Source: a virus
Lineage: Duplodnaviria; Caudoviricetes
Virus record (IMG/VR): IMGVR_UViG_3300028888_000002
Direction: 5' to 3' (one strand)
Length of the DNA: 64,000 bases
Numbering within the stretch: position 1 is the stretch's first letter; each line of letters begins with the position of its first letter. Of the stretch, positions 28,474 through 36,948 are shown in pieces. The position numbers and the translations under genes are program-made. The notes under the pieces were generated by a model, which worked only from the letters and a program-made list of their open reading frames with translations, was not told the DNA's origin and made no database searches.

Positions 28474-29035
28474 AAAGGATTACATTTACGTTCACGGCAA
28501 GCCCATCCACGCAAAGAAGCTGAAAGAGGCTTGCGAGTTCAACAAGGGCTGCTCACAATACATAACAGCCCGTAAGAAAGCCCGTGAGCGTTCCAGGCAA
28601 ATCCGTGAAAAGAACGGTCCGCAGTCTATGGAATGGGTGCAGTCCGCTCTTTTCCTGTATGCCTGTAAGAAGTATGGATTGAGCAAGGACTTGAAGCGGG
28701 CGATATGGGCTTACACCACAGCTATGGTCGTGAAGTTGGAAAAGTTCGTAGCCGACTCCGAAAAGATAGCTAGTCGTGAGGGTATCGCAGACACGTTCCA
28801 TTGGGTCGCCTTACAGCTCCGTGCAGCTATTCGTCAACATACAAAGCTGCTAGATATGTTCAAGGACGAAGACGTGGAAATCCCGCCTTTGTCAAAAGAG
28901 GGTAGCTGCATAAGCGGTATTACGCACCACCCGACGGACAAGGACACGGACGAAGCCGTTACCTATGTCTTGACGGATTTCAAGCAGCAAAATCCCGAAG
29001 CCGAACACCTGCTTCCTAAAAAAGACGAAATATAA
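28466..29035 (+). CDS. Hypothetical protein
   Basis: 189-aa ORF overlapping the portal stop. Confidence 0.65.
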   Translation: MAKKDYIYVHGKPIHAKKLKEACEFNKGCSQYITARKKARERSRQIREKNGPQSMEWVQSALFLYACKKYGLSKDLKRAIWAYTTAMVVKLEKFVADSEKIASREGIADTFHWVALQLRAAIRQHTKLLDMFKDEDVEIPPLSKEGSCISGITHHPTDKDTDEAVTYVLTDFKQQNPEAEHLLPKKDEI

Positions 29036-29128
29036 TAGATAGCTTATAGTGCTATGTATGTTATTGGGAAATGGTAGCCTCGGTGAGCCGTGCCCATAGA
29101 CAAGTTGGGCGAAGGAATACGTGAGTAT

Positions 29129-30483
29129 GTGAACTATTTAAGCGTAGAATTGCTTAAATGGATTGTTTTCGCATCAACGGGTTTGCGTGTGTCCCACTAT
29201 CACTAGCGGGCATAGTGGCAACTCCCTCAACGGTGGCTTGTTCCAAGCACACGGCTCTCTTTGACGAGCCAATCATCAAGACTACACGGGCAGAATGAGT
29301 GTCCCTGTCCATAGTATAACCACAACCGCACTTGTAGGTTCTATCCGCAAGCGTGGGATGGTTTATACATCCACAGGCAGGACACATCTTTGTGGTTGGT
29401 TCCCATTTGGAAATTTTGAAACTGCGACCGCTCGCTTCCAATGCGACAAGTCGCTGCTTCAATGACCCAAGACAGGATGATTGAACCTGTTTTCCAAACA
29501 AGCCCTTCTGCCACCCCTTAATCTGCTCGTCTTGAAAGTAAATTACATCATAGTCGGTCGTTAATTTGTGGTATATCTTGTTGGCGAAGTCTTTTCGTCT
29601 ATTTGCCAATCTTTCATACTCACGCCTTAATTGACTCATACACCTGTAATACCGCTTTGACTTCTTCTTGTTCTTCTCAACTCCACGCTTGTTCAGTTTG
29701 CGTGACAGAAATTTTAGATAGTCAATTTCTCGCACATCACATTTGTATTTGTCACCGTATGACGTTGTTATGGAATCCTTTATGCCGAAATCAAGACCAA
29801 CGTTCTTGTGGGTAGGAATCCTTTTGGATTTCGGCAGCATAACGCTAACTTTTAAGTAATAGCCACTAGCCTTACGAACAAGTTTAGCGTCTGCTATTTC
29901 AAACTTCTCAAACTGCTGTAATTGGTCAAGTCCGTGAACACGTAGTTTGCGGAATCCTGGAATTGTAATCCTGCACCCGTCCAGGATTTGTGTGTAGCCC
30001 GTAATGATAGGCAGGCAATTAACTTCGGATTTGAATTTTAATGCCCCGACCTTGATACCCTTCTTCTTGGCTTTTGCAAGGTTCACAATGTCTGTTCTCT
30101 TTTGGGCGACTGTCGCCCTGTGGAGAACGGACGGGAGTGAAATAGTGTCTGTTATCGGGTTCTTGTCCTTGTCGTAGTGAACTACGTTCTTATGTTCCGT
30201 GTATTTGTAATCAAACAGGGAGATGTCTTTGCTCTTGTTGGAGAGCGATAACATATCGTTCACGACCCACTTTGCTTCCTTGAAGCATTGGGCTAACTTC
30301 GTAAATACTTCTTTCGGGTTATGCCGTATGGAAACCTTGAGTTCAAAGACACGGCAAACCTGTGTTTGCCGTCTAGCCCTTGTTTCGGAAATGGACTCCC
30401 GAATCCTGGCTTTAGTGTCTTCGCTTCTTACTGTTTCCATAGATTTGACTTAAACGGACATTTCTCAATATCTAACTCAAATA
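29129..30483 (-). mobile_element. IS200/IS605-type element carrying a solo tnpB
   Basis: Right-end hairpin ATTTAAGC/GCTTAAAT then AGTTCAC on the minus strand; candidate left-end hairpin about 30442-30483; no tnpA. Confidence 0.55.
29154..30440 (-). CDS. tnpB: TnpB-family RNA-guided nuclease (RuvC-II reads QDE)
   Basis: VGLDFGIKD, YFQDE, CPAC...CGC Zn finger, DRD. Confidence 0.88.
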   Translation of the reverse strand: METVRSEDTKARIRESISETRARRQTQVCRVFELKVSIRHNPKEVFTKLAQCFKEAKWVVNDMLSLSNKSKDISLFDYKYTEHKNVVHYDKDKNPITDTISLPSVLHRATVAQKRTDIVNLAKAKKKGIKVGALKFKSEVNCLPIITGYTQILDGCRITIPGFRKLRVHGLDQLQQFEKFEIADAKLVRKASGYYLKVSVMLPKSKRIPTHKNVGLDFGIKDSITTSYGDKYKCDVREIDYLKFLSRKLNKRGVEKNKKKSKRYYRCMSQLRREYERLANRRKDFANKIYHKLTTDYDVIYFQDEQIKGWQKGLFGKQVQSSCLGSLKQRLVALEASGRSFKISKWEPTTKMCPACGCINHPTLADRTYKCGCGYTMDRDTHSARVVLMIGSSKRAVCLEQATVEGVATMPASDSGTHANPLMRKQSI

Positions 30484-30613
30484 TAGATTATTTTGTGGCA
30501 TAAAAGAAGCTATTTATTGCTTATATTCTGCTAGAGGGTCTAGCACATACCCTAAAGAGGACGTGTCTGCAACAGGATATATGCCATTTTATAAATATAT
30601 AACAGATAATCTA

Positions 30614-30660
30614 TTGCAAATAGGGCGGTATTATGTTATATTTGTAGTGCGACAACCACG
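30614..30660 (+). promoter_or_regulatory. Promoter with GACAACCACG leader motif
   Basis: TTGCAA 30614-19, 17 nt, TATATT 30637-42. Confidence 0.65.
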
Positions 30661-30697
30661 TAATTTGATTCTTTTATAAAGATAAAGGATTGGTGGT

Positions 30698-31081
30698 ATG
30701 TCAAGAAATGTGCCGAAGCGACGTTGGCTAGATACAGAAATCCTGGAAGTGCAAAAGGGTAATGTCCCCGAAGGGCGAACCTACTTGCAGGCTGCGTCCT
30801 ATGCCCACAAGCACAATATCCCCTGGAAAGAACTTCGTAAGAACACCTGCAAGTGGTGGTGGACCCCCGCAGAAGACGCTGTGTTAATGTCGGGAAACAT
30901 TGTTCCGAACCGTTCCTGGGAATCTATCCGACAGCATAAAGAAGCCCTGGGAATACCCCGTTCGGCAAAGCCCCGCTTTTCCGATTTCAAGGCGTTTAAT
31001 GAAAAGAACAGGAACGCTATAAACATTATTCACAGGGGAAAGCCGAATGCCCAGGAAGAAGAAACGACCCAACCCGTTTGA
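30698..31081 (+). CDS. Myb/SANT-like repeat DNA-binding protein
   Basis: Two W-x3-E repeats with GRT/NRS: RWLDTE...GRTY and WTPAED...NRSWES. Confidence 0.55.
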   Translation: MSRNVPKRRWLDTEILEVQKGNVPEGRTYLQAASYAHKHNIPWKELRKNTCKWWWTPAEDAVLMSGNIVPNRSWESIRQHKEALGIPRSAKPRFSDFKAFNEKNRNAINIIHRGKPNAQEEETTQPV

Positions 31082-31415
31082 CGAACTGTGCAAGTGCCTG
31101 GATATGCAGGCTACCTTTGACGACAACGTTAAGCGTGTTTATGCCCTGTTGACCAAAGGCGAATTTGACCTGCATATCGTCGCAGAAATCCTAGTTGAAG
31201 CTGCGACAATGCCCGTCCTGGCTCAAGAAAATCTAAAACTCTGTGCTGCCGTCAAGGACCTTACGCACAAGTTGGATATTGCCGACGAGTGCATTAAGGA
31301 TTACTCCGAAAGACTGAAAAACGCAGCCATAGCTTCGCAGGAAGGCGTTACGGTTGAAGACGAACACAGGGCTGTGCGTTTCTTGAAGTTTCCAAAGGGT
31401 CCCGCAGTAAATTGA
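31047..31415 (+). CDS. Hypothetical protein
   Basis: 122-aa ORF. Confidence 0.6.
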   Translation: MPRKKKRPNPFDELCKCLDMQATFDDNVKRVYALLTKGEFDLHIVAEILVEAATMPVLAQENLKLCAAVKDLTHKLDIADECIKDYSERLKNAAIASQEGVTVEDEHRAVRFLKFPKGPAVN

Positions 31416-31449
31416 CGCTGTATAACTATATACCTAGTAAGAGGTTTTT

Positions 31450-32073
31450 ATGGCACGAAAGTTTGTCTTTGATATTGAAACTACTCCCCGTCCAGGCATA
31501 ATGGACACGTTCTACCCTATGTGGGCTGAAACAAAATATCCTGGCAAGGAAGGTCAAGAGTTGGAAGATATGGCAGCACTACACGCTGAATTTGGAATGG
31601 TGTGTGCTATCGCTATCGGTAACGCCTTGACGGACGACCCCCCGACGGTTCACACCGCAGGTAGTGTTGAAGAAGAAAGTTACCTGTTGGAATCCGTTAG
31701 CGATATTTTTGACAGCGAAAATGCTATCCTAATCGGTCACAACATTAAGGGTTTTGATATTCCCTTTATGGCGAAAAGGTTTATGGCACAGTTGGGCTTT
31801 GTTCCCCGTGCCCTTAACTTCGGTGGCAAGAAACCCTGGGAAATCCCGCATATTGACACTATGGAACTTATGCGTTTCGGTGGCGGTGCGTCTATGTCCT
31901 TGCGTTCGGCTTGCCTGCTGCTCAATATAGAAGACCCGAAGGGTTCCGTGTGCGGTTCCGAAGTTCCGCAGTTGTTCCGTGAGGGCAAGACGGATATTAT
32001 CGGAAATTACTGTGCGGGCGACGTTGTTGCAGAACGTTTAGTTTACAGAAAGGTTATGAAGGCTTTGGCTTAA
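31450..32073 (+). CDS. DEDD 3'-5' exonuclease (PolB-exo-like)
   Basis: FDIET, GHNIKGFDIPF, YCAGDV. Confidence 0.9.
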   Translation: MARKFVFDIETTPRPGIMDTFYPMWAETKYPGKEGQELEDMAALHAEFGMVCAIAIGNALTDDPPTVHTAGSVEEESYLLESVSDIFDSENAILIGHNIKGFDIPFMAKRFMAQLGFVPRALNFGGKKPWEIPHIDTMELMRFGGGASMSLRSACLLLNIEDPKGSVCGSEVPQLFREGKTDIIGNYCAGDVVAERLVYRKVMKALA

Positions 32074-32092
32074 TTTGCAGTGAGGTTTTTTA

Positions 32093-32602
32093 GTGCATCG
32101 TATATACATTGGCATTGACAATGGCACGTCGGGAACTATCGGTTGGCTTGGCGACGGCATTGAAACGGGTTTCGCTGAAACCCCTAAATTTGTAGAACAG
32201 TCCTACACGAAGGCTGCGAAGAATATCAGCCGTATTAAGCGTTCCGCTTTGCGTGAATTGGTCTTGAAGATTTTGGGCGATAATCAGCCGTGCGAAGCAA
32301 TCGCAGTCCTGGAACGTCCCCGTGTGAACCCGAAGCAGTTTGTCACGACGCTTTCGGCTATGCGGGCGTTGGAAGCGACGCTTTGTGTTTTGGAAGACCT
32401 GGGTGTTCCGCTTACCTATACGGACTCCCGTCCGTGGCAGAAGAAAATGTTGCCCCAGGGCATAAAGGGTTCTGCCGAACTCAAGAAAGCCTCAAAGGAA
32501 ATCGGTTGCAGACTTTATCCGCAGTTTGCGGACGCTATCCGTAAGCATAAGGACGCAGACGGTTTGCTTATTGCTGAATGGGCTAGTAGGGAGCGTCTAT
32601 GA
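32093..32602 (+). CDS. RuvC-like Holliday junction resolvase
   Basis: IGIDNG, VLERP, PWQK, DADGLLIA. Confidence 0.85.
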   Translation: MHRIYIGIDNGTSGTIGWLGDGIETGFAETPKFVEQSYTKAAKNISRIKRSALRELVLKILGDNQPCEAIAVLERPRVNPKQFVTTLSAMRALEATLCVLEDLGVPLTYTDSRPWQKKMLPQGIKGSAELKKASKEIGCRLYPQFADAIRKHKDADGLLIAEWASRERL

Positions 32603-33570
32603 GTAGTATAATTGAGCAGCAGGATTTGGTGGCAACCCCTGTTGACATTGAAACGTTCGTAAAGGACCCGCAGTATCTAGGGAATATCGTTGGCGATGGT
32701 ATTTACCCGTATTGGTTGGAGCAGTTCAAGAAAATCTATGCTGCCTCCGATGGTTCTCCGTTCTTTTTGTCGGAGTATAGCGAAGTCCTGTTTGCGGGTG
32801 CTTTGGGGGCGGGCAGAAGTTTTGCTGCTATCGTAGGGTTCCTGTATGAACTCTATATCCTTACGCTTGTAAAGGACCCCCACAAGAAATGGACCCTGCT
32901 GCCGACTACACCGATTGATTTGGTGGTCATTACTGCGGACGCAAGCAACACGCTTCTTTCCGACCGTATCTTGGACTGCATTAACGTTTCCCCGTATTTC
33001 AAGTCTATTTTGCTGCCGAATAAGGGTTCTGCTCTTGAATCCAATATGTTCCCGAATCACGCAGGTCTTGCTGTTGTTGCTAACAATCGGTTCTTGTTGG
33101 GACGTGCTATTTTCGGTGCTATCGTGGATGATAGTTGCTTCCCGCAGGAAAAACCACTGTGCGATTTATGGTTTAAGAATATATCCGAACTATACACTTG
33201 TTCGTGGCGACGTGGGTTTTCCAGGTTTGGCTGTGCAGGGACTACACCGCTTCGTATGTGGGTAGCTGTGGCTTCAAGTTCTCCCTTGTATGCCCTGGTT
33301 GATGAACGTAGAAAACGTGGCTATGGCATATACTATGTTTCTCCGTCTATTTGGGAAGCACAGGCGTTTAAGGGTGTCTATTGCGGTGATACGTTCTCCG
33401 TGTTTGTCGGTTCCGATACGGAACCCCCGAAGATTGTCACGGATATAAACGACCTTGTGAAATATAAGGACAAGATTATCCAGGTCCCTGTTGAATATCA
33501 CCAGGATTTTGAAAAGAATATCCGTGATGCTGTTCAAGAATTGGCGGGCATCCCTGTCGCAAAGTTTTAA
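32599..33570 (+). CDS. Truncated terminase large-subunit paralog (ATPase domain only, degenerate motifs)
   Basis: Colinear with TerL 18659 (PVDIETF, YPYWL, LVKDPHKK, IWEAQA, QVPVEY); Walker A GAGRS, Walker B IVDDS; stops where the TerL nuclease domain begins. Confidence 0.88.
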   Translation: MSSIIEQQDLVATPVDIETFVKDPQYLGNIVGDGIYPYWLEQFKKIYAASDGSPFFLSEYSEVLFAGALGAGRSFAAIVGFLYELYILTLVKDPHKKWTLLPTTPIDLVVITADASNTLLSDRILDCINVSPYFKSILLPNKGSALESNMFPNHAGLAVVANNRFLLGRAIFGAIVDDSCFPQEKPLCDLWFKNISELYTCSWRRGFSRFGCAGTTPLRMWVAVASSSPLYALVDERRKRGYGIYYVSPSIWEAQAFKGVYCGDTFSVFVGSDTEPPKIVTDINDLVKYKDKIIQVPVEYHQDFEKNIRDAVQELAGIPVAKF

Positions 33571-33611
33571 TCACAAAAACCGCTGTGCATTACAGCAAAG
33601 GAAACACTAAA

Positions 33612-34214
33612 ATGGCTACTAAAAAAGTCGCACCGAAAACCGAAACCAAAACTGCTCCGAAGAAGGAAGTCAAGTCTGCTGCCCCGAAAAAGGAAGGGAA
33701 GACCGCTCCGAAGAAAGAAGTCAAGGTAGCTCCGAAGAAGGAAGTCAAGTCCGAAATTCCGACTACTTCTGCCCCGAAGATTATGGCTAAAATGGTTCCT
33801 GCAAAGAAGACCGCTCCGAAGCAGGACCAGGACTACGTTGTTCTTGAACACGACCTGCTTACGAAGAATTACACGATGATTATTCACGAAGCAAATTTCA
33901 AGTTCAATGCCCCGCACCATTTTAAGGTTATCGCAGCACAGCCCGACACTGACGGTGAACACAAGGGACAGAACCGTGTCGTTGGTATCGTGAACTTCCA
34001 GGAAGGTCCGATTAAGGAAAACGGTGTGAACGGTGTTGCCAACGAAGACTTGCTTGGTATGGTTCTTTGCCGTTTGGAAGGCTTCCAAAACAGCGAATAC
34101 AAGTGCCGTGAAAACGCCCTTGCTATTACGAAGATTGAAGAAGCCCTTATGTGGCTCCGCAAGAGAACTAACGCCCGTGTGAAGCGTGGTGTTGAAGGCA
34201 CGTCAAAGGTTTAA
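33612..34214 (+). CDS. Tad1/Acb2-family anti-defence sponge with histone-H1-like N-terminal extension
   Basis: FQEGP...NGVANEDLL...RLEGFQ...CRENALAITKIEEALMWL...R.KRGVEGT matches the Tad1 signature; APKKE(V/G)K repeats at the N-terminus. Confidence 0.85.
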   Translation: MATKKVAPKTETKTAPKKEVKSAAPKKEGKTAPKKEVKVAPKKEVKSEIPTTSAPKIMAKMVPAKKTAPKQDQDYVVLEHDLLTKNYTMIIHEANFKFNAPHHFKVIAAQPDTDGEHKGQNRVVGIVNFQEGPIKENGVNGVANEDLLGMVLCRLEGFQNSEYKCRENALAITKIEEALMWLRKRTNARVKRGVEGTSKV

Positions 34215-34230
34215 TTGGGGGAAATGCAAA

Positions 34231-34524
34231 ATGGCTAAAAAGAAGACCGTGAAGACTGCTCCCGTAAAGAGTCTTGCAGAAGTTATCGTTGACCTTGAAC
34301 TTGAATTTGACGAAATCGCAGGGAGGGTTGAAAAGATTGACGCTTCGTTGGACGATGACGACTTCTGTGATAGAATTGGTATTGAACATACTAACTTGCT
34401 TATTCAGCAACGCAACGCTATGTTGGAATATCGTGACAAGTTGGGCATTCGCCTAGCCTTGCTCCGTCGTGCGAACGCAAAGGCTGTAGAAGCCGAAATT
34501 AAGGAAAAGGCGGTTAAGGCTTAA
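34231..34524 (+). CDS. crAss001_48-like helical protein
   Basis: LL..Q...M..Y...L..R pattern. Confidence 0.6.
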   Translation: MAKKKTVKTAPVKSLAEVIVDLELEFDEIAGRVEKIDASLDDDDFCDRIGIEHTNLLIQQRNAMLEYRDKLGIRLALLRRANAKAVEAEIKEKAVKA

Positions 34525-35240
34525 TGGCTGACTCCACGCAAGATACGCTCGCACACCGTCAAATGGTCGTGGATTTCGCTACGGACTTCTGCACGTCCCT
34601 GCTTGAACGTGCAGACGGCTATGGCGACAAGACTATTTCCGACGCTGCCCTGGATTTCTGTAATGACATAATGGATAGGGCATACCGCCACGACGAATCT
34701 AAACTGCACGAACCCGAAAAGGAACGTTTTGATTACGTCGGGACGCACCAACATTTGTCAAAGCACACCTACGGTTCCGACGAATATAAGAAGTCCCTTG
34801 AATACCTCGGACCCGCATTGGACCACCACTATAAAGAAAACGACCACCACCCGCAGCACTTCCCCAACGGCATTAGCGGTATGAACCTTATGCAGTTGGT
34901 TGAAATGTGGCTTGATTGGCTTGCTGCTTGTAAGCGAAACAAGAATGGCAATATCTATCAATCCCTGGAAGTGAACAAGGACCGCTTCAAGATTTCGGAC
35001 CAACTTTATAACGTCCTGCTAAATCAAGCTGACGTGGTTGAATCCGACAAACGTGGCGACGGTTCTACGAACCTGTTTGGTCTTGTTGAAATGTGGTTGG
35101 ACTGCGTGGCAGCTAACAGCCGTGACGAGTCAAAAAGCATTCACAGCATTGTTGAATCCGACATTGACCGCACACTGCTGTCCGAACAACTGTATAACAT
35201 TATTTGCAATACAGCGAATACATTTGAACCGCAAGGATAA
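34524..35240 (+). CDS. DUF5662-like HD-type protein with duplicated C-terminal segment
   Basis: HDESKL, HHYKENDHHPQHF, LVEMWLD occurring twice. Confidence 0.75.
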   Translation: MADSTQDTLAHRQMVVDFATDFCTSLLERADGYGDKTISDAALDFCNDIMDRAYRHDESKLHEPEKERFDYVGTHQHLSKHTYGSDEYKKSLEYLGPALDHHYKENDHHPQHFPNGISGMNLMQLVEMWLDWLAACKRNKNGNIYQSLEVNKDRFKISDQLYNVLLNQADVVESDKRGDGSTNLFGLVEMWLDCVAANSRDESKSIHSIVESDIDRTLLSEQLYNIICNTANTFEPQG

Positions 35241-35242
35241 CT

Positions 35243-35377
35243 ATGGCTAAAACCAAAGAAACTATCTGCAACAACTGTAATTCAAAGTCCTACTGTGCGA
35301 ACAAGGCTTTGGGCGTGACGGATTGTATCAATTACAATAAGTTCCCGAAGCCGTCCGCAGACGAATTTAAACGATGA
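35243..35377 (+). CDS. Small Cys-rich protein (44 aa)
   Basis: AAGGA RBS, MAKTKETICNNC...; not in the ORF track. Confidence 0.5.
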   Translation: MAKTKETICNNCNSKSYCANKALGVTDCINYNKFPKPSADEFKR

Positions 35378-35664
35378 ACGCATACGCTAACAAGCTGCTT
35401 GCAAGAGCCGAGGGAATTTGGCACAATCTAGGGTTGGCACTTCAAGAGAAGAAATCCCTTGAACACGACGGCTACACGTCCATATCGCTCTATTTTGACC
35501 GTATCACACCCGCCCAGGCTGAAATGCTTGTTTCTCAAATGAGCAAGGCTTTCCGCAGGGCTAACGTGTATTGGAAAGAAGACGAGCGTGGGACGAAGAT
35601 TTGTGTTGAAATCCCGCCTATGGGTTCGGGGACCCCCGTTCCTATGAAACGCAGTTGCAGGTAG
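35374..35664 (+). CDS. Hypothetical protein
   Basis: 96-aa ORF with ATGA overlap. Confidence 0.6.
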   Translation: MNAYANKLLARAEGIWHNLGLALQEKKSLEHDGYTSISLYFDRITPAQAEMLVSQMSKAFRRANVYWKEDERGTKICVEIPPMGSGTPVPMKRSCR

Positions 35665-35688
35665 TAACCACTTTGTTTATATTTTGGG

Positions 35689-35822
35689 AGCAGGACGGTT
35701 TGTAGCCATTCCGTCTTGTTACTTCCATAAGGGTGGAATAGCCCTACGTCGCTACTTTGGTAGCAGGCTCATTGGCGTGGGGCGGGGCAGCGTAGTTCTC
35801 GGTTTTCTACGCTGCCTTTTTC
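35689..35822 (+). ncRNA. Candidate small RNA (about 130 nt)
   Basis: Own promoter TTGCAG-17-TATATT (35655-83), three hairpins, terminator stem 35786-95/35807-16 plus T-tract; no convincing ORF. Confidence 0.7.
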
Positions 35823-35851
35823 TTGACAGCCACCAGGTAATTTGTTATATT
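35823..35851 (+). promoter_or_regulatory. Promoter of thyX
   Basis: TTGACA, 17 nt, TATATT. Confidence 0.75.
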
Positions 35852-35877
35852 TAAGGGACCTAAACAAGAGGTTCAAA

Positions 35878-36576
35878 ATGCCCATTACGATTATCAGTGT
35901 TACCGAAAACCCGCTTCAACTCATAGGTGAGTCCGCAGGTATTTGTTGGAATGCACCCGTTGACGACCCGCAGAAGAATATCCTTCGTGCGATTTCCTGC
36001 ATTGAAGCGGACCACGGGCGTGTCCTGGAATATCCCGATATTACGATTGTGATTGACGGTAAGTCTGCCCGTGCGTTCCGTGAACTCTATACGCACATAG
36101 GTGGGGGACCTACCCGCTTGCAATCGTCCACCCGATATGTTGACGAAAGCAACTTTAAGTATTATACGCCCCCGTCTTGCCAAAAGGACGGTGTGCGTGA
36201 AGTTTACGAAAAGGGTATGAAGCAGGTTGCGGAATTTTACGGGGAGCTTATTGAACTAGGTGTTCCCCGTGAAGACGCAGCTAACGCCCTGCCGTTGGGT
36301 ATGGACTCAAAGGTGGTGTGGAAGATTAACTTGCGGTCCCTGGTGAATTTTATGAACAAGCGTCTGTGCAGCAGGGCACTGCTTGAAATCCGACAGTTTG
36401 CAAACGAACTGCGTTCTATGCTTATGGGCAGGAACGTGGAATGGATGTGGATTTGCGAAAACCTGTTTGTTCCGTCCTGCGAACGTTACAAGTTCCTTAA
36501 CAAGAAAATGTGCTTCTGCATTGAAAAGAAAGGGTGCGGTCGCCACAAGTATATCAAGGATTTTACGCTTGACTGA
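35878..36576 (+). CDS. thyX: FAD-dependent thymidylate synthase (variant motif)
   Basis: H..VLE, QSSTRYV, REDA..LP, NLRSL, R.CSRA..EIR; RHR replaced by THI. Confidence 0.85.
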   Translation: MPITIISVTENPLQLIGESAGICWNAPVDDPQKNILRAISCIEADHGRVLEYPDITIVIDGKSARAFRELYTHIGGGPTRLQSSTRYVDESNFKYYTPPSCQKDGVREVYEKGMKQVAEFYGELIELGVPREDAANALPLGMDSKVVWKINLRSLVNFMNKRLCSRALLEIRQFANELRSMLMGRNVEWMWICENLFVPSCERYKFLNKKMCFCIEKKGCGRHKYIKDFTLD

Positions 36577-36910
36577 CGAAATAGATTGGAAAGCGGTTCG
36601 TTGCCGTATTTTGGAAACGCCTGTGGTGGTTCCACCAAAGAAGCCGTCCCGAAAGGTTGACCCCGAACAGTCCAGGGGAAAGGGTAGGCGTTTTTATGAA
36701 GCCCATAAGGACGACCCCGATTTCAAGGAAAAGAAGTCAATCAGCAATAAGGCTTACAAGGACGCTCACAAGGACGACCCCGAATACAAGGCGAAGAAGT
36801 CCGAATATAACAAATTATACAAGTTGGCTCACAAGGACGACCCCGTGTATAAGGCTAAAAGAGCCGAGGCTTGCAGGCGATACAGGGCTAGAAAGCGACT
36901 TGCTGCCTAA
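36569..36910 (+). CDS. Basic protein with three 21-aa AHKDDP repeats
   Basis: TTG start after AAGGA; repeats AHKDDP(D/E/V)(F/Y)K. Confidence 0.6.
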   Translation: MTDEIDWKAVRCRILETPVVVPPKKPSRKVDPEQSRGKGRRFYEAHKDDPDFKEKKSISNKAYKDAHKDDPEYKAKKSEYNKLYKLAHKDDPVYKAKRAEACRRYRARKRLAA

Positions 36911-36920
36911 TCAGCGACTT

Positions 36921-36948
36921 ACCCCGATACCACGTATCGGGGTTTTTA
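36921..36948 (+). terminator. Intrinsic terminator
   Basis: ACCCCGATAC-CAC-GTATCGGGGT-TTTT. Confidence 0.75.

Noticed and set aside
29616-29624. 9-nt match of the predicted TnpB guide (ATACTCACG) inside its own gene
   Set aside because: Too short to distinguish from chance, and identity stops abruptly.
35723-35738. Anti-AUG site in hairpin 2 of the candidate sRNA
   Set aside because: The CAU lies in the stem rather than the loop, so it was not counted as a targeting element.
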